Source: Alphaproteobacteria bacterium (GTDB lineage Bacteria; Pseudomonadota; Alphaproteobacteria; GCA-2746255). Taken from it: DNA of 64,000 nt. Every line of letters begins with the position of its first letter. Within the stretch, counting starts at the first letter, position 1. Below the pieces are notes generated by a model. That model ran no database searches. It saw only the letters and a program-made list of their open reading frames with translations, and was not told the DNA's origin. Positions 10,122 to 21,344 of the stretch are shown one piece after another. Where the stretch lies: positions 1,312,001 to 1,376,000 of the forward strand of contig OZ252220.1 of the NCBI GenBank assembly GCA_965249135.1. The letters run 5' to 3'. Both the position numbers and the translations under genes were made by a program.

Positions 10122-10931
10122 TTATGCCGTTGGCCACCAGTAGACGCAGGTGAACAGGAACAACCATACGACGTCGACGAAATGCCAATACCAGGCCGCC
10201 GCCTCGAACCCGAAGTGCTGGTCCGGCTTGAAGTGGCCGAGGATCGCCCTGAGCAGCATCGCCGAGAGGAAGATCGAGCCGACGATCACATGAAAACCGT
10301 GGAACCCGGTCGCCATGAAGAAGGTCGAGGGATAGACGCCGTCGACGAAGCGGAAAGGCGCGTGGCTGTATTCGTAAGCCTGGAGGCCCGTAAAGGTGAG
10401 GCCAAGCGCGATGGTGATCGCCAGCCAGCCGATCAACTGGCCCCGGTTGCCATGGCGAAGGCCATGATGGGCGATCGTCACCGTGCCGCCGGAGGAGAGC
10501 AGGATGATCGTGTTGATGAAGGGGATGTCCCAGGGATTGAAGACGTCCATCCCATTCGGTGGCCAGACGCTGCCGATCTGTTCCGTCGGGAAGAGGGACG
10601 CGTTGAAATAGGCCCAGAAGAAGGCGGCAAAGAACAGCACCTCCGACATGATGAAGAGCGCCATGCCGAAGCGCAGGCCAACCTGCACGACCGGGGTGTG
10701 GTAGCTGCCGCTCTCACCCTCGAGGGCTACATCCGTAAACCACCGCACCATCGTGTAGAGGATGCCGAAAAAGCCCAGGATCATGACCGCCGCATCGGCA
10801 AGGGTCCGGTCGCTGTGCATGAACAGGACGCCACCACCGAACGCCAAAAACGCCGAGATGGCGCCTATGATCGGCCACGGACTTGGGTCGACCAGGTGAT
10901 AGGGATGCGGGTGCGCGTGACCATTCGTCAT
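10122..10931 (-). CDS. ctaE: Cytochrome c oxidase subunit III
   Basis: HPYHLVDPSPWP, FFMATGFHGFHV, FEAAAWYWHFVDVVWLFLF. Confidence 0.96.
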   Translation of the reverse strand: MTNGHAHPHPYHLVDPSPWPIIGAISAFLAFGGGVLFMHSDRTLADAAVMILGFFGILYTMVRWFTDVALEGESGSYHTPVVQVGLRFGMALFIMSEVLFFAAFFWAYFNASLFPTEQIGSVWPPNGMDVFNPWDIPFINTIILLSSGGTVTIAHHGLRHGNRGQLIGWLAITIALGLTFTGLQAYEYSHAPFRFVDGVYPSTFFMATGFHGFHVIVGSIFLSAMLLRAILGHFKPDQHFGFEAAAWYWHFVDVVWLFLFTCVYWWPTA

Positions 10932-10936
10932 TGGGT

Positions 10937-11590
10937 TTATCCTCCAGGGTGCCCCGTAATCTTTCGCGAATTTTTGCTTTCCTCAAGGATCCCCTGCGCT
11001 CTCGCGGCACCCGTTTCGGTGGCCGCGCGTGCAAGGCGATCCTTCGTTTCCTCGTCCCCGCCAAGGGCGCGGAAAAACGTATAGGAAAGGGTGATCGTCT
11101 CGACGTCGTCGAGGTTTGGATCCCGTAAAATCTCTGGATCGATAAAGAAGGAGACCGGCATCTCGGCGCGCTCCCCGGGTTTGAGCTTTTGCTCGTCAAA
11201 ACAGAAGCAATGGATCTTGCTGAAATAAAGCCCGGCCTTCAGCGGCGTCACGTTGAAGACGGCGGTGCCGACCAGGGTTTCTTCCGAGCGGTTCGTCGCT
11301 TCGTAGAATGCCAGCTTCTCTTCGCCGACCCAGACCTGGACCTCGCGTTGCACCGGCCGGAAGGCCCATGGCAGGTCGGGCGCGATGTCGGAGTTGAAGC
11401 GCACGGTGATCAAACGATCGAAAATCGCATCCGGGGCGGCGGTCGCCGTCTGGGTGGTGCCGCCGAAGCCCGTCACCTGACAGAACAGGCGATAGAGAGG
11501 GACGGCCGCGAAGCTCAACGCCGTCATGCTGCCAACGACGAGCGCGAGCGAGGCGAGGACCATCCGGTTGCGATGTTCTCTTTTCACCAC
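10937..11590 (-). CDS. ctaG: Cytochrome c oxidase assembly protein Cox11/CtaG
   Basis: AAVPLYRLFCQVTGFGGT, YFSKIHCFCF copper motif, ITLSYTFF. Confidence 0.95.
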   Translation of the reverse strand: MVKREHRNRMVLASLALVVGSMTALSFAAVPLYRLFCQVTGFGGTTQTATAAPDAIFDRLITVRFNSDIAPDLPWAFRPVQREVQVWVGEEKLAFYEATNRSEETLVGTAVFNVTPLKAGLYFSKIHCFCFDEQKLKPGERAEMPVSFFIDPEILRDPNLDDVETITLSYTFFRALGGDEETKDRLARAATETGAARAQGILEESKNSRKITGHPGG

Positions 11591-11721
11591 GATTCCCCCA
11601 TCCGGATGATCGAGACGACATAGATTAACGCCACCAGCCCGAGAAGGATCGCGAGAACAACGAGGTTCTTCGTTTTCAGGTTCTTCTTCGGGTTATCGCC
11701 GGTTGTCATTGTCGCTTCCAT
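11584..11721 (-). CDS. Small single-TM protein between ctaB and ctaG (CoxF-like position)
   Basis: 45 aa, below ORF-track cutoff: MEATMTTGDNPKKNLKTKNLVVLAILLGLVALIYVVSIIRMGESW; fills the gap and overlaps the ctaG start. Confidence 0.75.
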   Translation of the reverse strand: MEATMTTGDNPKKNLKTKNLVVLAILLGLVALIYVVSIIRMGESW

Positions 11722-11724
11722 GTC

Positions 11725-12648
11725 TTAAGCCGCCAAGCTCAAACCCCGATCGGCCAACAGGGCAGTAAAGAGAAGAAAGAGATAAAGAATCGAAAAGGCG
11801 AACATGTGCCGCGCCGAGCGGTCCGTTTCATCGAACCAGACGCGGACGGCGGAAGCCAGGAAGACCGCGCCTAGAAGGGCGGCGGCGCTGGCATAAAAGA
11901 GGCCGGCAAGCCCGATGAAGCTGGGTGCCAGCGTCAACGGGATCAGCAGCAGGGTGTAGAGGAGGATCTGCTTGCGGGTCTCGCGCAGGCCCGCCACCAC
12001 GGGCAGCATCGGCACGCCGGCGTTTTTGTAATCATCGCTTCGGTAGAGCGACAGCGCCCAGAAATGCGGCGGCGTCCATAGGAAGATGATGGCGAAGAGG
12101 ACAAGCGGGCTTAGGCTTACGTCGCCGGTCACCGCCGCCCAACCAATCATCGGCGGAAAGGCGCCCGCCGCGCCCCCGATGACGATGTTCTGAGGCGTGC
12201 GCCGCTTGAGCCACATCGTATAGACGAAGACGTAGAAGGCGATGGTGAGCGCAAGCAGGCCGGCCGCGACCCAGTTCACCGCCAACCCCATCATGGCGAC
12301 GGCGCCCATCGCCAGCACGACTCCGAAGCCCAGCGCCTCGTCCGGCACGATGCGTCCCATCGGCAAGGGGCGTGCGCGGGTCCGTTGCATCTTCGCGTCG
12401 ATGTCCCGGTCGTACCACATGTTGATGGCACCTGCCGCCCCCGCACCGACGGCGATGCAAAGCAGCGCCACCCCTGCCAGGACCGGATGCAGCGTGCCGG
12501 GGGCCAGCAGCAGACCGACGATGCCGGTGAAGACGACCAGCGACATGACCCGCGGCTTCAGGAGCTGGAAGAAGTCCTGAACGCGGGAGCCGCCGGCGAG
12601 CGCGGCTTCGCTTTGGATCGTCGTGGAATGCATCACACCTTTCGTCAC
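11725..12648 (-). CDS. ctaB: Protoheme IX farnesyltransferase (heme O synthase)
   Basis: [57 protein letters not shown]. Confidence 0.96.
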   Translation of the reverse strand: MTKGVMHSTTIQSEAALAGGSRVQDFFQLLKPRVMSLVVFTGIVGLLLAPGTLHPVLAGVALLCIAVGAGAAGAINMWYDRDIDAKMQRTRARPLPMGRIVPDEALGFGVVLAMGAVAMMGLAVNWVAAGLLALTIAFYVFVYTMWLKRRTPQNIVIGGAAGAFPPMIGWAAVTGDVSLSPLVLFAIIFLWTPPHFWALSLYRSDDYKNAGVPMLPVVAGLRETRKQILLYTLLLIPLTLAPSFIGLAGLFYASAAALLGAVFLASAVRVWFDETDRSARHMFAFSILYLFLLFTALLADRGLSLAA

Positions 12649-12693
12649 TCGGAAACTCTCAGAAGCCTCTCGCCCGGCACTTAAACGCCGCGC

Positions 12694-14310
<1,617 letters not shown>

Positions 14311-14315
14311 TTAAG

Positions 14316-15161
14316 CTATTGCTGGACTTGCGTCCGCGCGATGCGGGTTTTGCTGCCCGCGTCATCCTTGGTTGCGTATTCCTCTTTCGCCTCTTTCAGC
14401 CACGCCGCATAGGCTTCGTCCGAGACGACCTTGACCGTGATCGGCATCATGGCGTGGTTCGTACCGCAGAGTTCCGAACACTGTCCATAATAGGTGCCTT
14501 CCTTTTCGGCACGGAACCAAGTTTCGTTCAACCGGCCCGGGACCGCATCGATCTTGGCGCCGAAAGCCGGGATCGCCCACGCATGGAGCACGTCCGTCGA
14601 GGTCACCAGCACGCGGACCGTCTTGTTGACGGGCACAACCACCGCCGTGTCGGTGGCGAGCAGGCGGGGCTGCCCCTCTTCAAGCTCGTCCGCTTCGAGC
14701 ACGAAGGCATCGAAGGTGAGGTCGTCGTGATCCGGATAGACGTAGGACCAATACCATTGATGCCCGATCGCCTTGACCGTGATCTCGGCATTCTCCACCC
14801 GGTCCATGTAGTACATGAGCCGGAAGGACGGAATCGCCATGACGACGAGAATGAGAGTGGGGATCACCGTCCAGAGCACTTCCAGGGACGTGTTGTGGGT
14901 CGTCTTGGAGGAAACCGGATTCGCCTTCGCGTTGAAGCGAAGGATGATGTAGATGAGTAGCGCCAGGATGAAGACGGTGATCACGGTGACGATGACCAGG
15001 AGAAAGTCATGAAACCCGCTTAGCTGGCTCATCACCGGCGAAGCCGCATCCTGAAACCCGAACTGCCATGGCACTGGCTGGTCTGCCACCGCGTCCGCCG
15101 CCGAACCAACGCCGAAGATCACAAACGCCGCAAGAAAGAGAAGTCGCCGAGCGAAAGGCAT
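14316..15161 (-). CDS. ctaC: Cytochrome c oxidase subunit II
   Basis: GHQWYWSY, DVLHAW, CuA motif GQCSELCGTNHAMMP. Confidence 0.97.
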   Translation of the reverse strand: MPFARRLLFLAAFVIFGVGSAADAVADQPVPWQFGFQDAASPVMSQLSGFHDFLLVIVTVITVFILALLIYIILRFNAKANPVSSKTTHNTSLEVLWTVIPTLILVVMAIPSFRLMYYMDRVENAEITVKAIGHQWYWSYVYPDHDDLTFDAFVLEADELEEGQPRLLATDTAVVVPVNKTVRVLVTSTDVLHAWAIPAFGAKIDAVPGRLNETWFRAEKEGTYYGQCSELCGTNHAMMPITVKVVSDEAYAAWLKEAKEEYATKDDAGSKTRIARTQVQQ

Positions 15162-15392
15162 GGAATCCAGCCCTCCCTAACTGGTGAGATCCGAAGGAAC
15201 GAAACCGTCTCCCGGGAGCAATCCGGAAAAATCTGCGTTCACACGCACCCGAACGATCGGGTAAGTCGAGCCGGTTCGTATCGCCCCCATATGGCCAAAA
15301 TTTATAACAGAGTGCGGCGGCTTGGTAAAAAAGATTCACCTTGTCGAAGACCCCAGAAACCCTGCAGACTCGCGGATGCGAGAGGGTCTTAA

Positions 15393-15439
15393 GGCAGGGT
15401 CGCGATTTATTACAGGAAAATAATGTAATAATCGCCTGC
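15393..15439. promoter_or_regulatory. AT-rich inverted repeat in the divergent ctaC/tldD intergenic region
   Basis: TTATTACA(15407-15414)-N9-TGTAATAA(15424-15431), extended imperfectly by GCGA/TCGC and GGCAGG/CCTGCC arms. Confidence 0.45.
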
Positions 15440-15488
15440 CCCCGTCTCAGCGCCATGGCGCGGCGAAAAAACGAAAACGAGGTGCCGT

Positions 15489-16925
15489 TTGTCCGATCTG
15501 CCGACCACCGACGATATCTTCTTCGCGCAGACGACGCTCGACCGGGGCCGCGTCGAGGGCATCGTGGACGATGCGTTGAAGGGCGCCGACGACGGCGAGC
15601 TCTTCTTAGAGTTCCGGCAGTCGGAAAGCCTTGTCTTCGACGACGGAAGGCTGAAAAGCGCCAGCTTCGATTCTTCTCACGGCTTCGGGCTTCGGGCGAT
15701 CGCCAAGGAGGCGGTCGGCTACGCCCATGCCACGGATCTCGATGAGGCGACGATGCGGCGTGCCGCGGAGACGGTGAAGGCGGTCCGGGAAGGCCATGGC
15801 GGCACGCTGATGGCCGCACCCTCGAGCACGAACCGGCACCGCTATTCCGACCAGAACCCCCTGGACCGGGTCGATTTCGAGCGCAAGGTCCGATTGCTCG
15901 CCGAAATCGACGCCTATGCCCGTCAAAAGGACCCGCGGGTCCGCCAGGTCACGGCTTCGCTGGCCGGCGAATGGCAGGCCGTCGAAATCCTGCGCCCGGG
16001 CGGCGAGCGAGCGAGCGATTTGCGCCCCTTGATTCGCTTGAACGTGTTCGTCGTCGTCGGCGAGGGCGAGCGGATGGAGAGCGGCAGCCATGGGGCGGGC
16101 GGACGCGCCGCCTATGACGAGTGGCTCGATCCGGCGAACTGGCGGCACCAGGTGGACGAGGCGCTGCGCCAGGCGCTCGTCAACCTCGAATCCGTGCCGG
16201 CGCCGGCCGGCGAGATGCCGGTCGTGCTGGGACCGGGCTGGCCCGGCATCCTGCTGCACGAGGCGATCGGCCACGGCCTGGAAGGCGACTTCAATCGGAA
16301 GAAGACGTCCGCCTTTTCCGGCCTGATCGGAGAACGGGTGACAAGAGAGGGTGTCACCGTCATCGACGACGGCACGATCGAGAACCGTCGTGGCTCGCTT
16401 ACCATCGATGACGAGGGCACGCCCACCGAACGGACGGTCCTGATCGAGGACGGCATCCTGAAGGGCTACATGCAGGACCGCCAGAACGCCGCCCTCATGG
16501 GTTTGCCGCCTACCGGCAACGGGCGCAGGGAAAGTTTCGCCCACAAGCCGATGCCGCGCATGACGAACACCTACATGCTGGCCGGCACCGACACACCGGA
16601 AGAAATCTTACGTTCCGTGAAGAAGGGCCTCTATGCGATCAATTTCGGTGGCGGCCAAGTCGACATCACCTCGGGCAAATTCGTCTTCTCGGCGACGGAA
16701 GCCTATTTGATCGAGGATGGCCGCATCACCACGCCCGTCAAGGGAGCGACGCTGATCGGCAACGGGCCGGACGTGCTTAAGAAGGTCTCCATGATCGGCA
16801 ACGACCTCAAACTCGATCCCGGGATCGGCACCTGCGGCAAGGAAGGACAGGGAGTGCCGGTCGGCGTCGGCCAGCCGACCCTTCTCATCGACCGGCTCAC
16901 CGTCGGCGGCACGGCGTCCGGTTAG
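15489..16925 (+). CDS. tldD: Metalloprotease TldD
   Basis: GPGWPGILLHEAIGHGLEGDFNRK, PMPRMTNTYM, GGGQVDITSGKFVF, CGKEGQGVPVGVGQPT. Confidence 0.96.
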   Translation: MSDLPTTDDIFFAQTTLDRGRVEGIVDDALKGADDGELFLEFRQSESLVFDDGRLKSASFDSSHGFGLRAIAKEAVGYAHATDLDEATMRRAAETVKAVREGHGGTLMAAPSSTNRHRYSDQNPLDRVDFERKVRLLAEIDAYARQKDPRVRQVTASLAGEWQAVEILRPGGERASDLRPLIRLNVFVVVGEGERMESGSHGAGGRAAYDEWLDPANWRHQVDEALRQALVNLESVPAPAGEMPVVLGPGWPGILLHEAIGHGLEGDFNRKKTSAFSGLIGERVTREGVTVIDDGTIENRRGSLTIDDEGTPTERTVLIEDGILKGYMQDRQNAALMGLPPTGNGRRESFAHKPMPRMTNTYMLAGTDTPEEILRSVKKGLYAINFGGGQVDITSGKFVFSATEAYLIEDGRITTPVKGATLIGNGPDVLKKVSMIGNDLKLDPGIGTCGKEGQGVPVGVGQPTLLIDRLTVGGTASG

Positions 16926-16943
16926 GAACACCGCCCCTCACCT

Positions 16944-18293
16944 CTAATAGGCGCATTCCTCATAGATCGGATCGATCGCGCCGCCCCATGCGTGGGCGTA
17001 GCGTTCGAGCAGATGCTCGGCGGCAGTGACGCCGGTTTCCGCCGTCTCGGCGAGGACGTCGAGGAAGTGGCTTTCGTCACGGCCCTCCCCATCCTTGCGC
17101 GCGCGCCGGGCAAGGCCTGTGCGCGCAATCGCGATCGCTTGCTTTGCCACCTCCTGGATGGTTCGCCCATGGATGCGCGCCTTCAGCGCGTCGCGGGCGA
17201 CCACTTTGCCTAACGCTTGCTGTTCCTCGATCGTCCAGTCCTTCACAAGCTCGAGCGCGGCCGCCTTGGCTTCCCCATCATATAAAAGCCCCACCCAAAA
17301 GGCCGGCAACGCACAAAGCTGTGCCCCACCACCGGCGCCGGCGCCGCGCATCTCGAGGAAACGCTTCATGCGGACGTCGGGGAAGGCGGTCGTCAGATGG
17401 TCCTCCCAGTCGGTAAGCGTCGGCGCCTCGCCCGGAAGCGCAGGCAGCTTGCGATCGAGAAAGTCACGAAAACTTTGCCCCGCCGCGTTGACGTATTTTC
17501 CGTCTCGGATGACGAAGTACATCGGCACGTCGAGCATGTAATCGACGTAGCGTTCGAACCCCATGGAGGAATCAAAAACGAAGGGAAGGAATCCACAACG
17601 GTCGGGGTCCGTGTGCATCCACACATGGGAGCGGGTGCTCAAATACCCGTTTGGGCGGCCTTCAACGAAGGGGGAATTTGCGTATAGCGCCGTGATCACC
17701 GGCTGCAGTGCCATGGAGATGCAAAACTTCTCGATCATGTCCACTTCGGATCCGAAGTCGAGGTTCACCTGCACGGTGCAGGTGCGCAACATCATGTCGA
17801 GGCCAAGCTTGCCCCTCGTCGGCATGTAGTCGCGCATGATCCGGTAACGCCGTTTCGGCATCCAGGGCATCGCCTCACGGGGCCACTTCGGCAGGAAGCC
17901 GAGATTGAGAAGGCCGAGGCCCAAGGATTCGGTGACGGAGCGAAGCTGGGCGCGATGGTCGGCGACTTCGACACAGGTCTCATGCAGGTTTCGCAAGGGC
18001 GCGCCGGAAAGCTCGATCTGCCCGCCCGGCTCCAGCGTGATCGAACCAAAGCCGGGCTTGGTAAGAGCGATCGGGTTTCCCTCTTCCAGGATCGGTTGCC
18101 AGTCGAAGCGTTGCATGCCCTCCAGGATGGCGCGTATACCATCGGGCCCCTCGTAAGGCACCGGCATGAGATCGTCTTTGCGGAAGACAAACTTCTCGTG
18201 CTCGGTTCCGATCCGCCAGTCTTCGGGCGGCTTGCATCCTTCGATGAAATAATCGACGAGTTCGGATTTGTCGGCTACGGCAAGCGCGGTCAT
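16944..18293 (-). CDS. gshA: Glutamate--cysteine ligase (alphaproteobacterial/plant type)
   Basis: WRIGTEHEKF, ITLEPGGQIELSGAP, MMLRTCTVQVNLDF, DHLTTAFPDVRMKRFLEMRGA; start set to ATG 18293 (ORF-track extension overlaps rsmE). Confidence 0.93.
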   Translation of the reverse strand: MTALAVADKSELVDYFIEGCKPPEDWRIGTEHEKFVFRKDDLMPVPYEGPDGIRAILEGMQRFDWQPILEEGNPIALTKPGFGSITLEPGGQIELSGAPLRNLHETCVEVADHRAQLRSVTESLGLGLLNLGFLPKWPREAMPWMPKRRYRIMRDYMPTRGKLGLDMMLRTCTVQVNLDFGSEVDMIEKFCISMALQPVITALYANSPFVEGRPNGYLSTRSHVWMHTDPDRCGFLPFVFDSSMGFERYVDYMLDVPMYFVIRDGKYVNAAGQSFRDFLDRKLPALPGEAPTLTDWEDHLTTAFPDVRMKRFLEMRGAGAGGGAQLCALPAFWVGLLYDGEAKAAALELVKDWTIEEQQALGKVVARDALKARIHGRTIQEVAKQAIAIARTGLARRARKDGEGRDESHFLDVLAETAETGVTAAEHLLERYAHAWGGAIDPIYEECAY

Positions 18294-18312
18294 GGTTTCT
18301 CGTTTCGCCTTT

Positions 18313-19071
18313 TTAAGATCTCTTTTCTTCAAAGCGAAAGTTGGGGCGCCTTTCCCAGTCGCCGAGCACCGCCTGCCAACAGGTAAGGGCCGCGATGGCG
18401 GCGGTATCGGCACGCAGAACCCGGGGGCCCAGACTTGCGGAGGTAACAAAAGGAAGTTGACGAAGCGCGTCAAGTTCACCGCGCACGAAGCCCCCCTCGG
18501 GCCCCGTCAGCAGCGCCCATGCGCCGGGTCCGGCACGGCCCAGAACTTCCAGGATGGGTGGGCCGCCGCCAGTTTCGTCGCAAAGGAGCAGACGGCGCGC
18601 AGAAGGCCAATGCTTAAGCGCCTGGCCTAAGGGTTCCGCCTCATCGATCTTCGGTATGGAGAGGCGCTCGGTTTGTTCCGCCGCCTCGGTGGCGTAGGCT
18701 TCAAGGCGCTTCACGTTCACCCGTTTCGTTTCCGTTCGTTCCGTGATCACGGGCTTGAAATGCGTGACGCCTAGTTCCGTTGCTTTTTCGACGAGAGTAT
18801 CGATGCGGTTCCGTTTGAGGGCTGCGAAAAGAAACCAGAGGTCGGGAAGCGTGTCTTGGGGACGGCAGCATTTTTGCGGAGCGACAAGCATGCGCTTCTT
18901 CGAGCGTTTTTCGATGACCGCTTCCCACTCGCCATCGCGGCCATTGAAGAGACGGATACGATCGCGCAGCCCAAGCTGCATCACATGAACCAGATAGTGG
19001 GTCTGCTCGGGCCCCAACTCAAAGGACGCACCCTTCTTAAGCCCATCGTCGACGTACAACCGGACGGCCAT
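18313..19071 (-). CDS. rsmE: 16S rRNA m3U1498 methyltransferase
   Basis: HYLVHVM, LFNGRDGEW, EKATELGV, EAAEQTER, TGPEGGF, LGPRVLRADTA. Confidence 0.95.
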   Translation of the reverse strand: MAVRLYVDDGLKKGASFELGPEQTHYLVHVMQLGLRDRIRLFNGRDGEWEAVIEKRSKKRMLVAPQKCCRPQDTLPDLWFLFAALKRNRIDTLVEKATELGVTHFKPVITERTETKRVNVKRLEAYATEAAEQTERLSIPKIDEAEPLGQALKHWPSARRLLLCDETGGGPPILEVLGRAGPGAWALLTGPEGGFVRGELDALRQLPFVTSASLGPRVLRADTAAIAALTCWQAVLGDWERRPNFRFEEKRS

Positions 19072-19129
19072 GGCCTTGCTTGCCCTCTTGCCCTTAAGAT
19101 GAACCGGTGAAACCACTAGACCTTAGCCG

Positions 19130-20050
19130 ATGACGGAGCCCACCAAAACCGATGCGACGGAGGGGCCCAGTGCGAGCTGGGTTGATCGCATCCGGCCGGC
19201 CTTTCTTCGACCTTACCTGAAGCTTGCCCGTCTTGATCGGCCGATCGGCATCTGGCTTTTGTTTTTCCCTTGCCTGTGGGGGGTGGCGCTGGCCTCGCCC
19301 GGCTTGCCGGACGTATCCCTGCTTCTGCTTTTTGGGCTAGGCGCCATCGTCATGCGAAGCGCGGGCTGCACGTTCAACGACATCGTGGACAGGGACTTCG
19401 ACGCGAAGGTCGAACGCACGCAAGGCAGGCCTTTGCCGTCGGGCGCCGTTTCGGTAGCAAACGCCAGCCGTTTCTTAGGAGCCCTTCTGCTTGCCGGTTT
19501 CGGCGTGCTGCTTTGCTTCAACCGGTTCACGGTTCTGCTGGCCGCAGCCTCGCTCGCGCTGGTTCTTCTCTATCCCTATGCGAAGCGCTTCACCTATTGG
19601 CCCCAATTCGTGCTTGGCCTCACCTTCAACTGGGGAGCGTTGCTGGGCTGGACGGCGGTGAAAGGGGAGATGGATGCGGCCGCACTCGCCCTTTATGGGG
19701 GCGCCGTCTTCTGGACGCTTGCCTATGACACCATCTATGCCCATCAGGACAAGGCGGACGACCTTCGGATCGGCGTCAAATCGACGGCGCTGCGACTGGG
19801 CGAGCGATCGAAGCCGTTTCTTTTCGCATCTTACGGGGTGGCACTTTTTCTATTCGCCGTGGCTGGGGGGCTGGCCGATCTTCCCTGGTTTTTCTACGCC
19901 GGCCTCGGGGGGCTCGCGGCCCAATTCGTCTGGCAGGTGGTGGATTTAAAGATCGACCGGCCGGCCGATTGTCTTGCCAAGTTCAAATCGAACCAGTGGG
20001 CGGGGCTGATCCTGGCGCTCGCCATCCTTGGGGCAAGGATCACCGCCTAA
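19130..20050 (+). CDS. ubiA: 4-hydroxybenzoate polyprenyltransferase
   Basis: LARLDRPIGIWLL, NDIVDRDFDAKVERTQGRPLPSG, YDTIYAHQDKADD. Confidence 0.95.
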   Translation: MTEPTKTDATEGPSASWVDRIRPAFLRPYLKLARLDRPIGIWLLFFPCLWGVALASPGLPDVSLLLLFGLGAIVMRSAGCTFNDIVDRDFDAKVERTQGRPLPSGAVSVANASRFLGALLLAGFGVLLCFNRFTVLLAAASLALVLLYPYAKRFTYWPQFVLGLTFNWGALLGWTAVKGEMDAAALALYGGAVFWTLAYDTIYAHQDKADDLRIGVKSTALRLGERSKPFLFASYGVALFLFAVAGGLADLPWFFYAGLGGLAAQFVWQVVDLKIDRPADCLAKFKSNQWAGLILALAILGARITA

Positions 20051-20088
20051 GAGAGGCCCAAGCGCGCTTCGCCCCTCCGTAGGGCCCC

Positions 20089-21243
20089 TCAATAGGGAAC
20101 GGCGATCCGCCCGATGCGCTCGCGGGCGATGACGATCTTCTGGATCTGGGCAGTGCCGTCGCCGATCTCGAGGCCTATGACGTCGCGCAGGCGTTGCTGA
20201 TGGGCCATGTCCTTCGAATAGCCGGAGTGGCCGTGGAGCAGCAGGCATTGGTGAAGGGTGTCGAAGGCAAGTTTCGGCGCCCACCATTTGCACATCGCCG
20301 CTTCCGAGGTGTGCGGCAGGCCCCGATCGCGCAACCAAAGCGTCTTGTAGCAAAGGAGCCGGCAGGCCTCGTAATGGGTCTCCGCCTCGGCCAGTGGAAA
20401 GGTGACCCCTTCGAACTTGGCAAGCGGCGCGCCGAAGGCCTCGCGCTCCTGAATGTAGGCCCAGGTCTCATCGAGAGAGGCGCGCGCGGCGCCTAAGCAT
20501 TGCAAGCCGATGAGCGCGCGGGAGAAATCGAAGCCCTGCATGATCTGGGTGAAGCCGGCGTCTTCCTCGCCGAGCAGGGCGTCGCCTTCGACTTTTACGT
20601 CGTCGAAGAAAAGGGAGCCGCGGCCTACGATCGTCGAGCCCAGATCGTCGAACCGGGTGCGGGTGATGCCGGGCTGGTCAAGCTCGACGAGGAAGGCGCT
20701 CACCCCCTTCGCGCCCGCCTTCTCGCTCCCCGTTCGGCCGAAGACGATGGCGATGTCGGCCTGATCGGCGGCCGAGACCGAGGTCTTCTCGCCGTTAAGC
20801 AAATAGCCGTTTCCGGAACGCTTAGCCTTCAACTTTAATTTCGCCGCGTCCGAGCCCACGCCCGGCTCGGTCAGAGCGAGTGCGATGAGCGCTTCGCCGC
20901 GGGCGATTTTCGGTACCCATTCTTTCGCGACGTCGGGCTTGGCATGTTCGGCAAGCAAGCCGGCGAGAAGGGATCCCAGCAGCGGCAGGTAGGAAAGGTT
21001 GAAATCCCCAAACGCGACGCCTTCCGTGATGAGGCCGGTGGTCACCGAGCTGGCCGTCATGCCGCCAAGGCTTTCCGGCACGTTCGGCGCCATCATGCCG
21101 AGCGCGCCCATCTCGCGAGCCAATGCGCGGTCGAACACGCCTTCCTTTTCGCGCTTCATGTAATCGGGGCTCAAGCGCTCGCGGGCGAAGCGCAGCACGC
21201 TTTCGTAAAGGGCGGCCTGCTCGTCGGTGAAGGAAAAATCCAC
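20089..21243 (-). CDS. aliB: Acyl-CoA dehydrogenase, cyclohexanecarboxyl-CoA dehydrogenase-like (AliB/BadJ)
   Basis: ACAD motifs (ALTEPGVGSDA, EIGDGTAQIQK); GEKTSVSAADQAD, MQGFDFSRALIGLQCLG and AAMCKWWAPK match my recollection of the AliB subfamily. Confidence 0.8.
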   Translation of the reverse strand: MDFSFTDEQAALYESVLRFARERLSPDYMKREKEGVFDRALAREMGALGMMAPNVPESLGGMTASSVTTGLITEGVAFGDFNLSYLPLLGSLLAGLLAEHAKPDVAKEWVPKIARGEALIALALTEPGVGSDAAKLKLKAKRSGNGYLLNGEKTSVSAADQADIAIVFGRTGSEKAGAKGVSAFLVELDQPGITRTRFDDLGSTIVGRGSLFFDDVKVEGDALLGEEDAGFTQIMQGFDFSRALIGLQCLGAARASLDETWAYIQEREAFGAPLAKFEGVTFPLAEAETHYEACRLLCYKTLWLRDRGLPHTSEAAMCKWWAPKLAFDTLHQCLLLHGHSGYSKDMAHQQRLRDVIGLEIGDGTAQIQKIVIARERIGRIAVPY

Positions 21244-21311
21244 TCCGCCTCTCCAAGGTCCGGTCCTGCCGGGAAACCGCTATAGTAAATCGATAGGCTC
21301 GCTATTTCAAC

Positions 21312-21325
21312 CTTACGTTAGTTAG
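21312..21325. promoter_or_regulatory. Candidate TetR operator, copy 1 (CTTACGTTAGTTAG)
   Basis: In the divergent aliB/fadH intergenic region; 11/14 identical to CTAATGCTAGTTAG in the tetR promoter. Confidence 0.45.
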
Positions 21326-21344
21326 ATTTTAGGACCCCCGCCCC

